Shown here in pieces: positions 48,722 through 57,925 of a stretch of DNA of 64,000 nt. The stretch is taken from assembly GCA_000002435.2 (NCBI GenBank), contig CM018793.1, one strand, 5' to 3'. The position numbers and the translations under genes were made by a program. Position 1 is the stretch's first letter. Every line of letters begins with the position of its first letter. The notes beneath the pieces were generated by a model that worked only from the letters and a program-made list of their open reading frames with translations, had not been told where the DNA came from and ran no database searches. The stretch comes from Giardia intestinalis. Its lineage: Eukaryota.

Positions 48722-49405
48722 ATGCCGCGCAAGGCCTCGGTTGAGGATCTCAGTTCTGACTCTCCAGAAGATTCCAGAGAATGCACCAGCAGGCGGGTCT
48801 CCTTGTTTGCCTATGATTACCATCAGTGTGACTCTAAGCGCTGTTCCGCCAAGCGACTAGAAAAGCTTCATCTCTGCCGCTCCATCCCCAAAACGGCCTT
48901 CTTCAAAGGGATACTCTTGAGCTCCGAAGGGGTCTACGTGATATCCAGACTTGATCGAAACACGGTACAGCAGCATGGACTTGCCACCGTTGATTGTTCA
49001 TGGAATGAGATATTAGCTGATCAGGTGCCCATTACAAAACTGAAGTGCAGAAACCATCGACTACTTCCGTTTCTCCTAGCAAGCAACCAGGTTAACTATG
49101 GCAAGCCCTTTAAACTGAACTGCGCAGAGGCCTTTGCCGCAGGCCTGTGGATATGTGGCTATCGGGACCAAGCTCTAGACACGATCCAGAGGTTCCCCTA
49201 TGCAAAAGCGTTTCTCGATTTGAACGAGGAGCTTCTCGATCGCTATGCCTCGTGTGAGACGAGTGAAGCGGTGCTTGCTGTGCAGGAGGAAGTTATGAAC
49301 CAGCTAGAAAACGAACAAAGAGAGCGAGAGCTACGGAAACAGACCACCAACTACCAGGAGTCAGTCAGCCACACAAGTGACACATACGACGACAGCGACA
49401 AGTAA
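48722..49405 (+). CDS. TSR3: Tsr3 (18S rRNA aminocarboxypropyltransferase, ribosome biogenesis protein)
   Basis: GLATVDCSWNEIL, RLLPFLLASNQVNYGKPFKLNCAEAFAAGLWICGY, AKAFLDLNEELLDRYASC closely match human TSR3; first ATG 48722 (ORF-track extension to 48314 is antisense of the ankyrin gene). Confidence 0.85.
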   Translation: MPRKASVEDLSSDSPEDSRECTSRRVSLFAYDYHQCDSKRCSAKRLEKLHLCRSIPKTAFFKGILLSSEGVYVISRLDRNTVQQHGLATVDCSWNEILADQVPITKLKCRNHRLLPFLLASNQVNYGKPFKLNCAEAFAAGLWICGYRDQALDTIQRFPYAKAFLDLNEELLDRYASCETSEAVLAVQEEVMNQLENEQRERELRKQTTNYQESVSHTSDTYDDSDK

Positions 49406-49459
49406 GTAAGCCTCAAAAGCGCATTTACATCGAGGTTGTTGCGGGTGTGAGCTAAGGTG

Positions 49460-50714
49460 TTAGATGTCGGCCGCCATGAGTAAAGATACACCAGCAAGGA
49501 TCCATTTTGCGGGCGGCTCCCTCGTCTTGATCTGGAACGTCCATATGTAGGTGGGGCCGCGCCTCTTTGTCTTGTATACAGGGCAGTCGTAGACGTCCTT
49601 GAGGTCCGCCTTGTCTGCGGTCACTGCCTTTAAGTAGATTGGCGGAAGCTCTGGGAAGAGGTCCTTAAGGATGGAGTCCCTGATACAACCGCCCTTCTTG
49701 TCCCAGCGAGCGCCCTCCATGTAGAGGCCGTAGATATACGCACCCTCTCTTGGCGGAGCGGTGATTTCCGAGAGCTCCTTTTTCGTCACATCGGTGATGA
49801 GAGCCATCTTGTCGAGAGGCCACTGGTTCATCCTGGCAGTTGACTGGAGGACGGCGCGCAGGAAAGATTGCGGGTTGAAAAGCGCTGGAAGCCAGACAGC
49901 CTTTGGAAGATTGAGATCAGATGACCACGAAACCAGCTGGTCGCAGCGTTGTATCATGTCCTTCAACCACGGGCCAAGAGACTTCATACTCGGATATGCA
50001 ACGGCTTCCCATTTAGCAGGCACGACATCCAGGTACATGGACTGCATGAGGGCCTCCATTTGCTCGGAGATGGTCAAGTCGCCCTTGAGGCCCAAAGCAA
50101 GTTCCTTGAGAGACGACTTTATTGTGGAGAGCAGCTCATTCATGCGCCCACACTCCTGTAGACAGACACTGACGTAGGGTGTCCGCTCCTCCACTCGATC
50201 GGTAATCTCCAGCATGTCAAAGTTCTCGGGGAGCATATCCAGGATGTCTTCCAACTGTGCCTTGCAGCGGTCCTCGCGAGAGAGTTCGCCACTAGTGCTT
50301 GTGGCCGAGGTGCGCGGCTGCAACTGCATAAGCATCATGAAAAGGGTGTTTGACTGAGTAGTAAGGAACATGATCTCCGCGTTGGGGTGGAGACCATACA
50401 TCTTCGGCGATTCCTCAGGAAGCGCCTCAGCAATGTATGCCTTGTAGCCGTCGTAGCTCATTGGGGACGGCACAGGGAAGTCTGGGGCGAAGAACTTCCC
50501 GTCTTCAAAGAGAGCATCCGACATCAAGGAGTCCATAAACGAGCGCATGAGCCGGCGATCCAGATCATCGCCGACGTGTCCCCCGTAGAAGATGTCGCAA
50601 AACATGTATTTGAGGTCGTCCCAGGGGATTTTGGTGTTATTTTCTAGGTAGTTGAACAAGACATCCTTGCATATGGTCAGGTCGCCATTGTTGAAGTTGT
50701 AGGGGACGTTCCAA
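49460..50714 (-). CDS. dynein heavy chain, C-terminal exon only (about 418 aa), begins mid-codon after a splice acceptor
   Basis: WNVPYNFNNGDLTICKDVLFNYLENNTKIPWDDLKYMFCDIFYGGHVGDDLDRRL matches axonemal DHC WNIPYEFNESDL...[22 protein letters not shown]; later VYDCPVYKTKRRGPTYIWTFQIKT and KWILAGVSLL are DHC C-terminal motifs; no in-frame ATG at the start (ORF-track start is TTG). Confidence 0.85.
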
Positions 50715-50810
50715 CTGTGTGTTAGTATGTGTCTGGTCAGTAAAGCTGTGAGTAGCAGTATGCCATTTTAAATTTTTGCTGCCATTTTTGCTGCCATAGA
50801 GATTTACATT
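50715..50810 (-). promoter_or_regulatory. 3' half of a split intron preceding the dynein heavy-chain exon: perfect ACTAACACACAG branch/acceptor motif (50715-50726 on the minus strand); upstream extent uncertain
   Basis: Plus-strand CTGTGTGTTAGT at 50715-50726; AG lies exactly at the point where DHC homology begins. Confidence 0.65.
50759..50798. repeat. short tandem repeat (gc)tgccat(ttt) x3 in the spacer between the DHC exon and the glycerol kinase gene
   Basis: gtatgccattttaaatttttgctgccatttttgctgccatag. Confidence 0.4.
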
Positions 50811-51073
50811 TTAAATTCTATCTATTCTTCCTCGCACCCCCTGCGGTAGATCCTTAGGCCGCGGCCTTTTGATTCGAAAACTGTAGTGGGTGTCGCTCCA
50901 GTGATTGGCAAGCGTCGCGGTTCGATTAGCTTTTAAACTCTCACAATCATAAAAAGTTCTTTCGTCTAATGAATTTCCACTTATATCTTGGGCATCCTCC
51001 CCGCGGAGCCCTTTGAAGCGCACTTCAAAATTATTGGGACGCCTATCTCCACCACAACTTCGTCCACAAAAAT

Positions 51074-52696
51074 ATGGCAACGAATAGCTATCTACTCGCC
51101 ATCGATCAGGGAACAACATCGACCCGGGTGATTTTGTTTGACAGGGCGGGGAAAAACGTTGCATCCTCTACTCGTCCAAACTATTCGATAACTCCAAACG
51201 AAGGCTGGGTGGAGCAGGACCCCAAGCGAATTGTCGGCGATGTCTACGCGTGTTTGAATGATGTCTCAGGCAAGGCCCAGGAGCTTGGAATTCAGCGGGA
51301 TTCCATCAAAGCATGCGGGATTACGACACAGCGTGAAACGATGGTTATCTGGGACGGATCTACTGGGGAGCCTCTCTACAACGCAATTGTTTGGTCTGAT
51401 GCACGGAACCACGAGCTTCTTACTGAGTTGGAAAAGACGTACGGGCCGATCATTCGCATCAGAACAGGGCTTCCCCTGTCAACCTACTTCACAGCCGGGA
51501 AGGTTCTATGGCTCTATCGAAACGTTCCAACAGTCAAGAAGGCCATCAAGAACTGCACTGCTAAAATAGGAACCATGGATACGTGGCTCCTCTGGAATCT
51601 GAGCAAGGAGAAATCCTATCTCACAGATGTGACTGCAGCGTCGCGGACTCAGTTCTTTAACATCGAAACCATGGCATGGGATCCGATGCTGCTTCACATT
51701 TTCTCTGTTTCCACTGAAGTTCTTCCGGTGGTCTGGCCATCTGCAGGGAGGATATTTGGCACCCTGTCGGAAACCGCTGGCTGGCTTGAAGGGCTCCAGA
51801 TAGGTGGTATGATAGGAGACCAGCAGGCGAGTATGGTGGGGCACAGATGCTTCACAACCGGTTCATCCAAGATTACTTTTGGAACGGGCGCTTTCCTGCT
51901 TATAAACGCAGGGACTACCAAACCAGAGCCCAACGATAATCTCCTTATCACGATTTGTTACCAGGAATCTCCTACAGCACGGCCCGTCTACGCCCGCGAG
52001 GCCAGCATTGCAAGTGCTGGGTCCATATTTGAGTGGCTGAGAACAATGGGTATGATAACATCTGTTACAGACATTGATTCATTGGTCAAACCCCTGCTAG
52101 ACGAGACCTCCTCTGTCGTTTTTGTCCCCGCGTTTACAGGGCTTCTCTGTCCGTTCTGGTGTCCCCATGCTCGAGCGGGCATATTTAATTTATCGTACTC
52201 AACAACGCCCTCCCACATTGTTAAAGCAGCGATGGAGGCTGTTGCGTTGCAGATCCGGGACATTCTCCCTCTTTTCCAGGAGCTCAATAACGTGCCGAAC
52301 GCTTTGAATATAGGTGTGGCCATGGCTCGCATAAATAGTCAAAACAGTCTTTCAGAGGCCATGGCCATAGAGGCGCTGGATCAGTCTGGCGACCTCACAC
52401 TTCCGACTAACTCTGGGAGGCAGATTCGCATTGATGGTGGCTTGACTAAGTCGGAGCATTTCTCACAAATCCTCTCGGATGTGACACAGTGTGCAATCCT
52501 GGTATCTAGAGATCAAGAACTCACGTCTCTTGGTTGTGTGATCATGGCTGGCCTTACATTGCAGATTTACAAAGATTTATCTGACGCAGAGGCCAGTATA
52601 GGCTCCTCCTTCAGTCTATTTTCTCCTAAGAGATCAGCGTCCCAGGCAGCAGAGCTCTATAATAAGTGGCAGGTTGCAATCAAAAAGACAATGTAA
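51074..52696 (+). CDS. glycerol kinase (FGGY family)
   Basis: LAIDQGTTSTRVILFD, EGWVEQDP, ITTQRETMVIWD, YNAIVWSDAR, GTMDTWLLWNL, GDQQASMVGH, FGTGAF match GlpK/GK1 throughout. Confidence 0.9.
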   Translation: MATNSYLLAIDQGTTSTRVILFDRAGKNVASSTRPNYSITPNEGWVEQDPKRIVGDVYACLNDVSGKAQELGIQRDSIKACGITTQRETMVIWDGSTGEPLYNAIVWSDARNHELLTELEKTYGPIIRIRTGLPLSTYFTAGKVLWLYRNVPTVKKAIKNCTAKIGTMDTWLLWNLSKEKSYLTDVTAASRTQFFNIETMAWDPMLLHIFSVSTEVLPVVWPSAGRIFGTLSETAGWLEGLQIGGMIGDQQASMVGHRCFTTGSSKITFGTGAFLLINAGTTKPEPNDNLLITICYQESPTARPVYAREASIASAGSIFEWLRTMGMITSVTDIDSLVKPLLDETSSVVFVPAFTGLLCPFWCPHARAGIFNLSYSTTPSHIVKAAMEAVALQIRDILPLFQELNNVPNALNIGVAMARINSQNSLSEAMAIEALDQSGDLTLPTNSGRQIRIDGGLTKSEHFSQILSDVTQCAILVSRDQELTSLGCVIMAGLTLQIYKDLSDAEASIGSSFSLFSPKRSASQAAELYNKWQVAIKKTM

Positions 52697-52719
52697 TGTG
52701 AATTCTGTTTTTATCTACA

Positions 52720-55224
52720 TTAGCTAGTAGCCCCTGAGCCCTGGACAATTCGCTCGATTTGTTCCTTGTAGTCATCGGGTCTATCGTACTCATTGCGTTC
52801 AAGAATCTTGCGGTGCAACCCGTCGGTTGTGGTTCGTGGACAGTCAGCAACTTCAATATGGCTGCGGTTGATGAAGTCGCTGATGATATTTCTAACTTCC
52901 TCCGTCTTGGCAAAATTGAAGGCCATGCGACCCGCCCGGTCGCGCATGTGCGCCTCTGCAGAGAGAAGCAGCTTAACACACTCGACATCGCCCCAATCCG
53001 CAGCACACATGAGAGCAGTATGACCGGCTCCGTGACGGAACGCCTTATTTGTGTAAAGGCCTCGCTCCTTGGCAAGCAGGATCTTGCAAATATCTACGTG
53101 ACCATGAACTGCAGCCACCATCAAGCTTGAGTAGCCGTTCTTCTTCACCAGACGTGCCTCTCGATCAACAAGAAGACGAGCTACCTCTGTGTGCCCGTGC
53201 CAGCTTGCATAGAAGAGAGCGGTTCGGCCTTCATCGTCCTGCATGCGCGCTTCTTTGAGCATCAGTGCTCGAACGCACTCCACATGGCCACCCTCAGCTG
53301 CGTACATCATTGCGGTTTTGCCCAGATTGTTAGCAGAGCCTGCCTGGTATATTAACTTTCTGACTGATTGAACATCACCCGCCGCAGCAGCCTTCATCAG
53401 GAGGGTCTCCGATGTAATGTCTACCTCGGCTGCCGATGCATTAGCATCAAAGGACGCACGCAGGGACTCATCCAGCTCGCGCGTGAAGCCCATTGTGTTC
53501 CCACCTAGAGTCGTATTGACGCCAGGGTGCCCACCCACAAATGATCGCGTCCCGCCGATGCTTCCGGTCCTATTTGCGCCTATCCTAGATGACGCCACAA
53601 TGCTCTCGAGACCAGGAGCATCTGGGCCCTGAGCCTTGGACATCTCCTCGGCAAGATAGGTCAGGTCGTCATTGAGATCGAGGTTTTTCTGCTGGAGCCG
53701 CTCGCACTCTGCGCGCCTAGTGTTGAGCTTCACTTCCAGCTCCTGTATAAGCTTTTCCTTCTCTGAGAGCTGCATTTTGAGTGCGTCTTCATTGCCTGCC
53801 GCCATGGTTGTGTGCGCTATGACCTCGTACATATCCGACTTGAGGTGCTCGAACTCCTCTGATTTATTTGCTAGGAGGGCACGAAGCTCCGCAACTTCAT
53901 CCTCAAGCTGCTTAGCCGTGCGCCCATCAGAAGACTTGTAGCGAGCAAGCTCGTCCTTAAGCTCTAGTATTGCCTCGTTTTGAACAAATGTCTCGTTGCG
54001 CGCCTCGGCGTGTTCATTTTGTAACTTCAAAAGCTGCTCTTTAATATGTTGCGCCTCGAGAACCTTGCGCTCCAGTGCCTCAACGTCCACGAAATTCTGC
54101 TGAATTTTCTCCTCGAGCTTTGATATTTCTTGGTCTTTTATGTTTATGACATTCTTGAGATTCTGCTCAACGGAATTGAAAAGCGTTGTGGAAACAACGT
54201 CCTCGTCTATGTATTTGCGAAGCTTCTCGACCTCTTCGTCAAGTCTCTCATTTTCTGCTTTGAGGCGCAGGAGTTCCTCCTCACGTTCATCGCGGATCCC
54301 CATGCGTTTCGCAAGCTTTGAATTGGGATTAGTCAGCTCCTCCACGCTCTCTGACATGATTCGTAGCTGGTTCCGCACATCCTGGTATTCATTTTGTAGC
54401 GTAACGAAGTCTTCTTTTAAATTTTCATATTCTCGACATTTGTCTTCAAGATCACGTTTCGCAACCTCATACATAAGCTCGAGAGAATTAGGCACATTAT
54501 CGCCACGTTGCCCCGTCTTACTTCTAGCAGTCTCAACCTGGCTGGCCAACTCTAGAGCCTTGTCCTCGAGCTCCTGGACCTTTTCGTGGAGGCGCCTGTT
54601 CTCCTTCTCAAGAATCCTTAGCTCTATAGAGGTCTCCTGGCAGCGCTTGCAAGACCGGATCTTGGCCTCTAGATCATTCCTGATATCTCGCAGCGCATCC
54701 GCAATGGCATTGTTCCCGAAGGACTCTGCAATCACAATCGCCCGATCGATGTCCTCAATGTTATAGGCTGGTGATCTGGCAATCACCTTTGCACAGTCAT
54801 GATGTCCTTCTGCACAGGCATGATCGAGAGCAGTCCAATCCGAGGAATCGCGTTCTACACCGAAATCCTTGCAAATAGCTCTGACAGTATCATAACTTCC
54901 GGCCGCTGCGCAGAGCATGAGAGCCGTACGTCCATCGGGAAGCGTTACGTGCTTCTCCAAAGGCGCCAAAACCTTACAAATCTCGGTGTAGTCTCTTGCT
55001 GCGGCAATCATTAGTGCCGTCTGGAAGTTCTTGTTGAAGCTTCCTGCCTCGTACTTAGCTAGAACTTTCACCATTTCAAGGTCATTAGTGCGCGTCGCAA
55101 GCATCAGGCCCGTCTCATCATTATTGTCAACGCAACGACGAAATCGGTCTACGCTTGCCCTGACTGCTTCATAGTTATGAGAAGACACGGAGCGGAACCA
55201 CTCGCTCTTATCTGCTGGCTTCAT
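52720..55224 (-). CDS. ankyrin-repeat / coiled-coil protein (GASP-180-like axoneme-associated family)
   Basis: Ankyrin units at N- and C-termini (GLMLATRTNDLEMVKVLAKYEAG...; TLLMKAAAAGDVQSVRKLI...), about 400-aa central heptad coiled coil; ATG 55222-55224. Confidence 0.8.
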   Translation of the reverse strand: MKPADKSEWFRSVSSHNYEAVRASVDRFRRCVDNNDETGLMLATRTNDLEMVKVLAKYEAGSFNKNFQTALMIAAARDYTEICKVLAPLEKHVTLPDGRTALMLCAAAGSYDTVRAICKDFGVERDSSDWTALDHACAEGHHDCAKVIARSPAYNIEDIDRAIVIAESFGNNAIADALRDIRNDLEAKIRSCKRCQETSIELRILEKENRRLHEKVQELEDKALELASQVETARSKTGQRGDNVPNSLELMYEVAKRDLEDKCREYENLKEDFVTLQNEYQDVRNQLRIMSESVEELTNPNSKLAKRMGIRDEREEELLRLKAENERLDEEVEKLRKYIDEDVVSTTLFNSVEQNLKNVINIKDQEISKLEEKIQQNFVDVEALERKVLEAQHIKEQLLKLQNEHAEARNETFVQNEAILELKDELARYKSSDGRTAKQLEDEVAELRALLANKSEEFEHLKSDMYEVIAHTTMAAGNEDALKMQLSEKEKLIQELEVKLNTRRAECERLQQKNLDLNDDLTYLAEEMSKAQGPDAPGLESIVASSRIGANRTGSIGGTRSFVGGHPGVNTTLGGNTMGFTRELDESLRASFDANASAAEVDITSETLLMKAAAAGDVQSVRKLIYQAGSANNLGKTAMMYAAEGGHVECVRALMLKEARMQDDEGRTALFYASWHGHTEVARLLVDREARLVKKNGYSSLMVAAVHGHVDICKILLAKERGLYTNKAFRHGAGHTALMCAADWGDVECVKLLLSAEAHMRDRAGRMAFNFAKTEEVRNIISDFINRSHIEVADCPRTTTDGLHRKILERNEYDRPDDYKEQIERIVQGSGATS

Positions 55225-55337
55225 CGGCAGGAAGTAATTTTTTGAGCACCGCGGATTTGGGTAAAATCATAGTACCGCCTGTACTCAATAACTAAGAGAT
55301 AACTGAGAGGCTTGACTCAGGCGCGCAGACACGTTGC

Positions 55338-57131
55338 TTAGAGGCGCTGCTCTATTGCGTGCAATAAGACATGCATATTCTTGGCTACAGACACGTAAAG
55401 CATAATGATAAAGACAAGGTACCCTATGGACACTATCGTAGCAACTGAAATGCTTGCTATATTAGCGTTGGCATAGTTAAGATTCCGAAACTTATACATG
55501 ACGTGGTTCAGATTAACAAGTTCGTTGAAGAATAGGTCCTTACCGACAAAGTGGAGCTTTACGTTTCTACTTTCTCTCTTACTGTAGAGCTGTGCTATCG
55601 TGCTATAGCAGTTATCTATGGCTGCCTGCGATGAGGAAAGCGCTTCATCATTGCAGTGGAACGTTATCAGAGTCTTGTTAATATCGAACTCAGTTTTCAG
55701 CTGAAGCGTCAGTATCACTTGCTGATCTTTCCACATTGGATTTCCTTTCTGGATGCGGTTGATAGTTGCGGTAATGGTGTAGTTCAGAGTTCTTTGCGTT
55801 ATCGGACAGCTAAGAGCCCTCGATGGCTCTAAAGAGACAGAGAAGTAGTCTTTATAGATGAGAATGTAAGAGTTCACCCAGCAAGGGGCTGATATGGACC
55901 CTACGTATCCGTCAACTATTGCTGCTGGGCTTCCATTTGATGCTATAAATCTAACACTGTAACTAGCTGTGTATAGTTCTTTGCTATTGCTGGTCTTGAC
56001 AAGACTATCGTATACTTCGACGCACAAGGAAGTGTCTTGACACGGAATTAGAAAGTGGTACTGTTGGCTAAAGTCGTAGTAACCGACCACGATGAAGTTT
56101 CTGACTCTTATGGTTTCGGTCTGTATGCCGTAAAGATAGATAGTTGGCTCTATAACGAAATACTTATCGGCATCTATCTTGCAGTTCTTGGCATCCGCTG
56201 ATGACTCGCGCACAAACAGTGATATGTACCCGGGATAAATCTCAATGTCTGTCAAGCCCAGACATCCTGCGTGTAGGTTCGTTATCACTTTGAACAGTCT
56301 CGTTTCTGAACTATAGAGACGCCCTTCTAGGTTGAAGTTAAGCTTGAATGACCCATACGACCACTCGTCCTCCAATATGCTTTTCATTAGTCCAGTCACA
56401 TCAGTGGTCTGCTGTGCATTACAAATTAGTGTTTGGCTAGCAGAAAACGTAGTATCCAGCTGGTATGTAAATGTGTTTCCTGCAGCATACACGTACAGAA
56501 AGGATGAGACATACTGTCCTATACCGGAGTCGTCTACGATACTGCAGGACCCTGTAGGCTCCAACATGGCACAGATCTTTGGAGGCGTCTGCAATGATTC
56601 TATGTAAACAGTGGCGTTAGGTGTGTAGCACTGAGACAAATTCAGATTCAGAGAATGCAGGTTCATGATAGGAATGGCAGTCTTGTGTGTCTCTGAAGAT
56701 ATGGAGAGTGATATGTACTTGGAATCTCTCAGACCAGTCTTGCACACCATGGCGTTGTTTGCAGTGCCTGCTGGACATTCGACACATAAAGAAGTGGTGT
56801 TAGCGTAGCTGAAGTCGGTAATTATTCCATACAACGGTTCTGTATAAGCAGACATGTTCAGGGTCAGAAGTACTGTACTTGGAAGAACGTCGCATTCGTG
56901 TGCTTCTGTCGGAATAATCGTGAAGCACAGGAAGTTCCTATTGCAATCCACGCCTGCTTTAGTATCGAGAAAGTAGCAATTTCTAAGCTCCTTTAAAGAT
57001 GTGTCTGCCTCTGCAATCATAACAAAGATCAGGGTTAACAGAATGGGGACCATGAATGACGGAAGCAATAACCAAAAAATGTCTGTCTTCGCAAAGTTAT
57101 TCGGTACCAAGACATAGCTTAATGCTTGCAT
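55338..57131 (-). CDS. hypothetical membrane glycoprotein-like protein (N-terminal signal/anchor, large lumenal domain, C-terminal TM)
   Basis: ORF-track start 57161 is TTG; first ATG 57129-57131 gives MQALSYV...FWLLLPSFMVPILLTLIFVMIA; C-terminal IASISVATIVSIGYLVFIIMLYV. Confidence 0.55.
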   Translation of the reverse strand: MQALSYVLVPNNFAKTDIFWLLLPSFMVPILLTLIFVMIAEADTSLKELRNCYFLDTKAGVDCNRNFLCFTIIPTEAHECDVLPSTVLLTLNMSAYTEPLYGIITDFSYANTTSLCVECPAGTANNAMVCKTGLRDSKYISLSISSETHKTAIPIMNLHSLNLNLSQCYTPNATVYIESLQTPPKICAMLEPTGSCSIVDDSGIGQYVSSFLYVYAAGNTFTYQLDTTFSASQTLICNAQQTTDVTGLMKSILEDEWSYGSFKLNFNLEGRLYSSETRLFKVITNLHAGCLGLTDIEIYPGYISLFVRESSADAKNCKIDADKYFVIEPTIYLYGIQTETIRVRNFIVVGYYDFSQQYHFLIPCQDTSLCVEVYDSLVKTSNSKELYTASYSVRFIASNGSPAAIVDGYVGSISAPCWVNSYILIYKDYFSVSLEPSRALSCPITQRTLNYTITATINRIQKGNPMWKDQQVILTLQLKTEFDINKTLITFHCNDEALSSSQAAIDNCYSTIAQLYSKRESRNVKLHFVGKDLFFNELVNLNHVMYKFRNLNYANANIASISVATIVSIGYLVFIIMLYVSVAKNMHVLLHAIEQRL

Positions 57132-57885
57132 AGAACGGTCTTTGGGCACCTTCTCTATCAATTCATGATGCTGTCTGGCTGTTTTTGATTGGGAGCAGGC
57201 TCACAGGATATGAAATTCTATCTACGGAGAATCCACTTGAGGTCTGAGCCCTCACAACCCCAAGGGGGCACTTACTAGCAATGAACCGTTCCATTCAGAC
57301 CATGCTGTAAAAGATGGACATACATCTGTCGTGTACTTGTAGTTATTGTAGTCATTCTAGCTGTGCTGACGTAGATATAACCAATCATCCATGGCTATTT
57401 CTATTCTCCGCAGCAAGGTGTTATACCCTCGAAGTAACAACATCTTAGAGAACGTGACGTCACTCTCATTTTACCCACTACTTAAGAGACGACAGTTTGA
57501 GTTGTTAGAGCATCTAATTGAAAGGATTATAGTGCTGCATTAGATGAGAAGAACAGAAATGCCCATTCTGCAATGCATTGTGATAAGGTACGTGCAGACC
57601 AATGAGTATGTGCAGGTCACATGGACAATCGCTGATCATAGCATGCTGTCAATTCATGCTAATTAAGATATTGGATTCTCATTTAGAAGCGATCAATCTG
57701 TTGCGCTATAACTGGAACACGATAGCCACATTATTGAAAGATCGATTCATAACAGCTTCGCAGTGAGGATTTTGATGTGCTGTATTAAAGGCGTAGGTGT
57801 CTTCTAAGTTTCTTAGATCGGGTGGGCTCCCGCAGGTGCCACTTACCCCCAGGAACCTCAGGTGTTCTCCCCTTTTGTGAGCATT

Positions 57886-57925
57886 TAACATTAAAAAAAG
57901 AAAAAAACAAAACTTGTGGAGAACC
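57886..57925 (+). promoter_or_regulatory. A-rich initiator-like region directly upstream of the 57926 ATG
   Basis: ttaaaaaaagaaaaaaacaaaac; similar A-tracts precede the ATGs at 3617, 4646, 5197, 51074. Confidence 0.35.

Noticed and set aside
50725-50730. GTATGT (Giardia 5' splice-donor consensus) on the plus strand next to the DHC acceptor
   Set aside because: It arises from the reverse complement of the ACTAACACACAG motif plus 'atgt'. It is on the wrong strand for the DHC gene and has no exon context, so it is considered coincidental.
50811-51164. 117-aa ORF on the minus strand between the DHC exon and glycerol kinase
   Set aside because: It lies in a spacer that must contain the split-intron half and the glycerol kinase promoter. 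It has no ATG context and no homology, and probably starts at a non-ATG codon.
51074-52696. Possible lateral-transfer origin of glycerol kinase
   Set aside because: The FGGY family is conserved in both bacteria and eukaryotes. This cannot be judged without phylogenetics.
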